Source: Saprolegnia diclina VS20 (lineage: Eukaryota). Taken from it: a stretch of DNA of 33,163 nucleotides. A model generated the notes under the pieces. The model was not told the DNA's origin and did no database searches. It worked only from the letters and a program-made list of their open reading frames with translations. Position numbers and translations under genes: made by a program. Below are positions 31,501-33,163 of this stretch, in pieces (positions within the stretch are counted from its first letter, which is position 1; the number at the start of each line of letters is the position of its first letter). The stretch covers positions 419,953 to 453,115 of the forward strand of contig NW_008246113.1 of assembly GCF_000281045.1 (NCBI RefSeq), in the 5' to 3' direction.

Positions 31501-31991
31501 CGGCGATTGGTATTCTCTACCGCAAGTCGCGGTCGGTGCGCCGGCAACCCGTGTCCACCGAGGATGTGGACTGGGCCGTGCTGACGCCGGGGTTTGACGT
31601 GTACCTTGCGGACGCGCGCCATTGGTTTGTGCAGTACGCCCACGCGCTCTTCACGCTCTGTCAGCAGTTCGGGATCCAGACCGAGGTCGAGCTCATCTCA
31701 GGCTACATCAAGAAACTCTCGCGCACGGTGGGCCGGGCCGAGCGACTCAATGCTGTCGAGCGCATCCGCGTCGCGCTGCGGTTGGTCCAAGAGCATTTTG
31801 CTCGTGTATTCTGGCGCGACCTCGGCTCCAAGACGCCGAGTAATGTGGTCGTCTTGCAAAAGGCGTCGGCGTGGTACTACGTGGGCTACACGCACCACCA
31901 CGAGGCGCCAGGACTGCTGCCGACCCGCAGCTTTGCGTGGCTCGCGCTCGAGCCGATGCTTGTCCTCTTCCGCAAGATTTATGAGCCATAG
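28582..31991 (+). CDS. RNA-dependent RNA polymerase (eukaryotic RDR/RNAi family) with RRM-like N-terminus; central part in gap
   Basis: MLTVELIEAQ...ATITNVPSDMTAADV (RRM-like). After the gap: RIRV..LMGVIDETNTLPEG, VGRHPSLHPGDLR, VFSSRGQRPVTDMMSGGDMDGDLYFCLWD. Intron 31197-31253, then DNLGMISNMH, AVDFAKSG, YPDFME, YKSKTAIGILY, KASAWYYV, SFAW. Confidence 0.95.
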
Positions 31992-32053
31992 AAACATGGA
32001 CGAGATTTGCGTGGAAAGTCCTCACTGCATATCGAGTTGCTTGTGCATACCAA

Positions 32054-32157
32054 AACCAAGTGTGATGACATAATGTTCTGCCCCGTGGCTGCCAAGACTC
32101 AGCGGTTCAATAGGCCCACGTGCAAGACGCGCGCCATCGGTTTGTGCAGTACGCCCA
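32054..32157 (+). repeat. Direct repeat copy 2 (spacer + start of another RdRP 3' fragment, runs into gap)
   Basis: Near-identical to 27961-28059 but without the 30-nt insertion that follows copy 1. Confidence 0.95.
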
Positions 32158-32614
32158 NNNNNNNNNNNNNNNNNNNNNNNNNNNNNNNNNNNNNNNNNNN
32201 NNNNNNNNNNNNNNNNNNNNNNNNNNNNNNNNNNNNNNNNNNNNNNNNNNNNNNNNNTAGCACACGTCATCGGCTGTGCAGTGACTGGAGTCGTTGCATC
32301 CAGTCGCGATCCCAGGCAAGCACAGCCAAGGGCATGACACGCCCTAGTAAGCCACTGCGTTGTGCTACGGTGAGATAGAGACGACAGGAACGACGCACTC
32401 GGGCCTGTTGGACACTTGAGCTTGGACGCAAAAGGAAAACTAAATTCGATCGACCATTTACAAAAGCTAAACCTAAACCCGCTCGTAGGGCGTTGCAACT
32501 TGAACTTCGTCCAGAACTGCAAGTTGTCATGGAGAAGAGAACACACGCGCTGGATCGCGGATCCCAGCCGTGACACCAAGCGCAAGTGTTCTCTTCCCTT
32601 GAGTCGCAGCCTTG

Positions 32615-32906
32615 GCTTGCCGTCCACCGGATACCCACGGCAATGAACGTCGACATCTAGCTGCTTGTGTCCATGCTCAAGTTTACGTTGATCGACAACA
32701 AGATCGAGGTCTGCAGCGTGCCGAAGACACGACCGGCGTACCTCAACCGGCAGCTCGTCACGCTCTTGCTGACGCGGGTACCTCGGACAACGCAATATCT
32801 GCGCGTCGCCGACAAGACACTGCGGGAGGCGACGGCGGCGCTCGACATAGTACACGCCAAGAGCACTTCCATTTCGCAAACGAACACATGGTGCAACATA
32901 GAGTAG
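32615..32906 (+). pseudogene. RdRP internal fragment
   Basis: LAVHRIPTAMNVDI*LLVSMLKFTLIDNKIEVCSVPKTRPAYLNRQLVTLL...LRVADKTLRE matches the RDR SMxKF...LNRQxIxLL region and the LSVADETLRD segment of the intact gene. It has an in-frame stop and is truncated. Confidence 0.82.
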
Positions 32907-33009
32907 CTTCAAGCTGATCGGCGCCATTGGATTGGCTAACCAGAAAATGCGTCCTTTGATTGGTGCGTCGAAAACGCTTTGCTCCAATCGCAGTGCTGCG
33001 TTATTCCCC

Positions 33010-33163
33010 ATGCTCACGAGCACGCTGACGACGGAGCTTCGCACCGCCCAGGCGCTGGCCCACGACGCTGCACGCCGCAAGAGCGACCGCGCATCAGCTT
33101 TTAGCAGCAGCCCTGCACACTTCATATCGTCGGCCCTCGAGGTCTTGGCGGCGACCGTCACCA
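33010..33163 (+). CDS. 5' end of a second RdRP paralog (runs off window)
   Basis: MLTSTLTTELRTAQALAHDAARRKSDRASAFSSSPAHFISSALEVLAATVT aligns with MLTVELIEAQARAREASRRAEDRANAYNNNFASIVSSTTSVVAATIT of the gene at 28582. Upstream CCAAT arrangement is shared. Confidence 0.78.
   Translation, partial: MLTSTLTTELRTAQALAHDAARRKSDRASAFSSSPAHFISSALEVLAATVT

Noticed and set aside
32022..33161. 379-aa minus-strand ORF
   Set aside because: Antisense to RdRP fragments and crosses a gap.

Overview
This is GC-rich eukaryotic genomic DNA from a gapped draft assembly, with N-runs at 3515-4356, 7359-7802, 29812-30563 and 32158-32258. Short 44-58 nt GT-AG introns, oomycete-type INR/FPR and CCAAT motifs and the gene content suggest an oomycete, probably Saprolegniales (inference). 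The left part holds a cluster of six RBR (RING1-IBR-RING2) E3 ligase genes or fragments with C-terminal membrane anchors. It also holds an (ATCT)n microsatellite and a 1.49 kb internally deleted Tc1/mariner-type DNA transposon with 29-bp TIRs and a TA target duplication. The middle holds a small hypothetical gene, a ZIP zinc transporter, a 9-exon AppA/Agp-like histidine acid phosphatase, a PX+RING-H2 protein and an intronless DctA/GltP-like symporter. The right part is a tandem RNA-dependent RNA polymerase (RDR) locus: one full gene, the start of a second paralog and three fragments. The most striking unexplained signal is a set of perfect palindromes with a 1-nt apex. Two occur as back-to-back double hairpins centred on an 8-bp duplicated target (23140-23223 and 28051-28094), resembling hAT/RAG-type hairpin excision footprints with unusually long P-nucleotide arms. 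For the 28051-28094 site, the ancestral empty site is visible twice elsewhere in the window.
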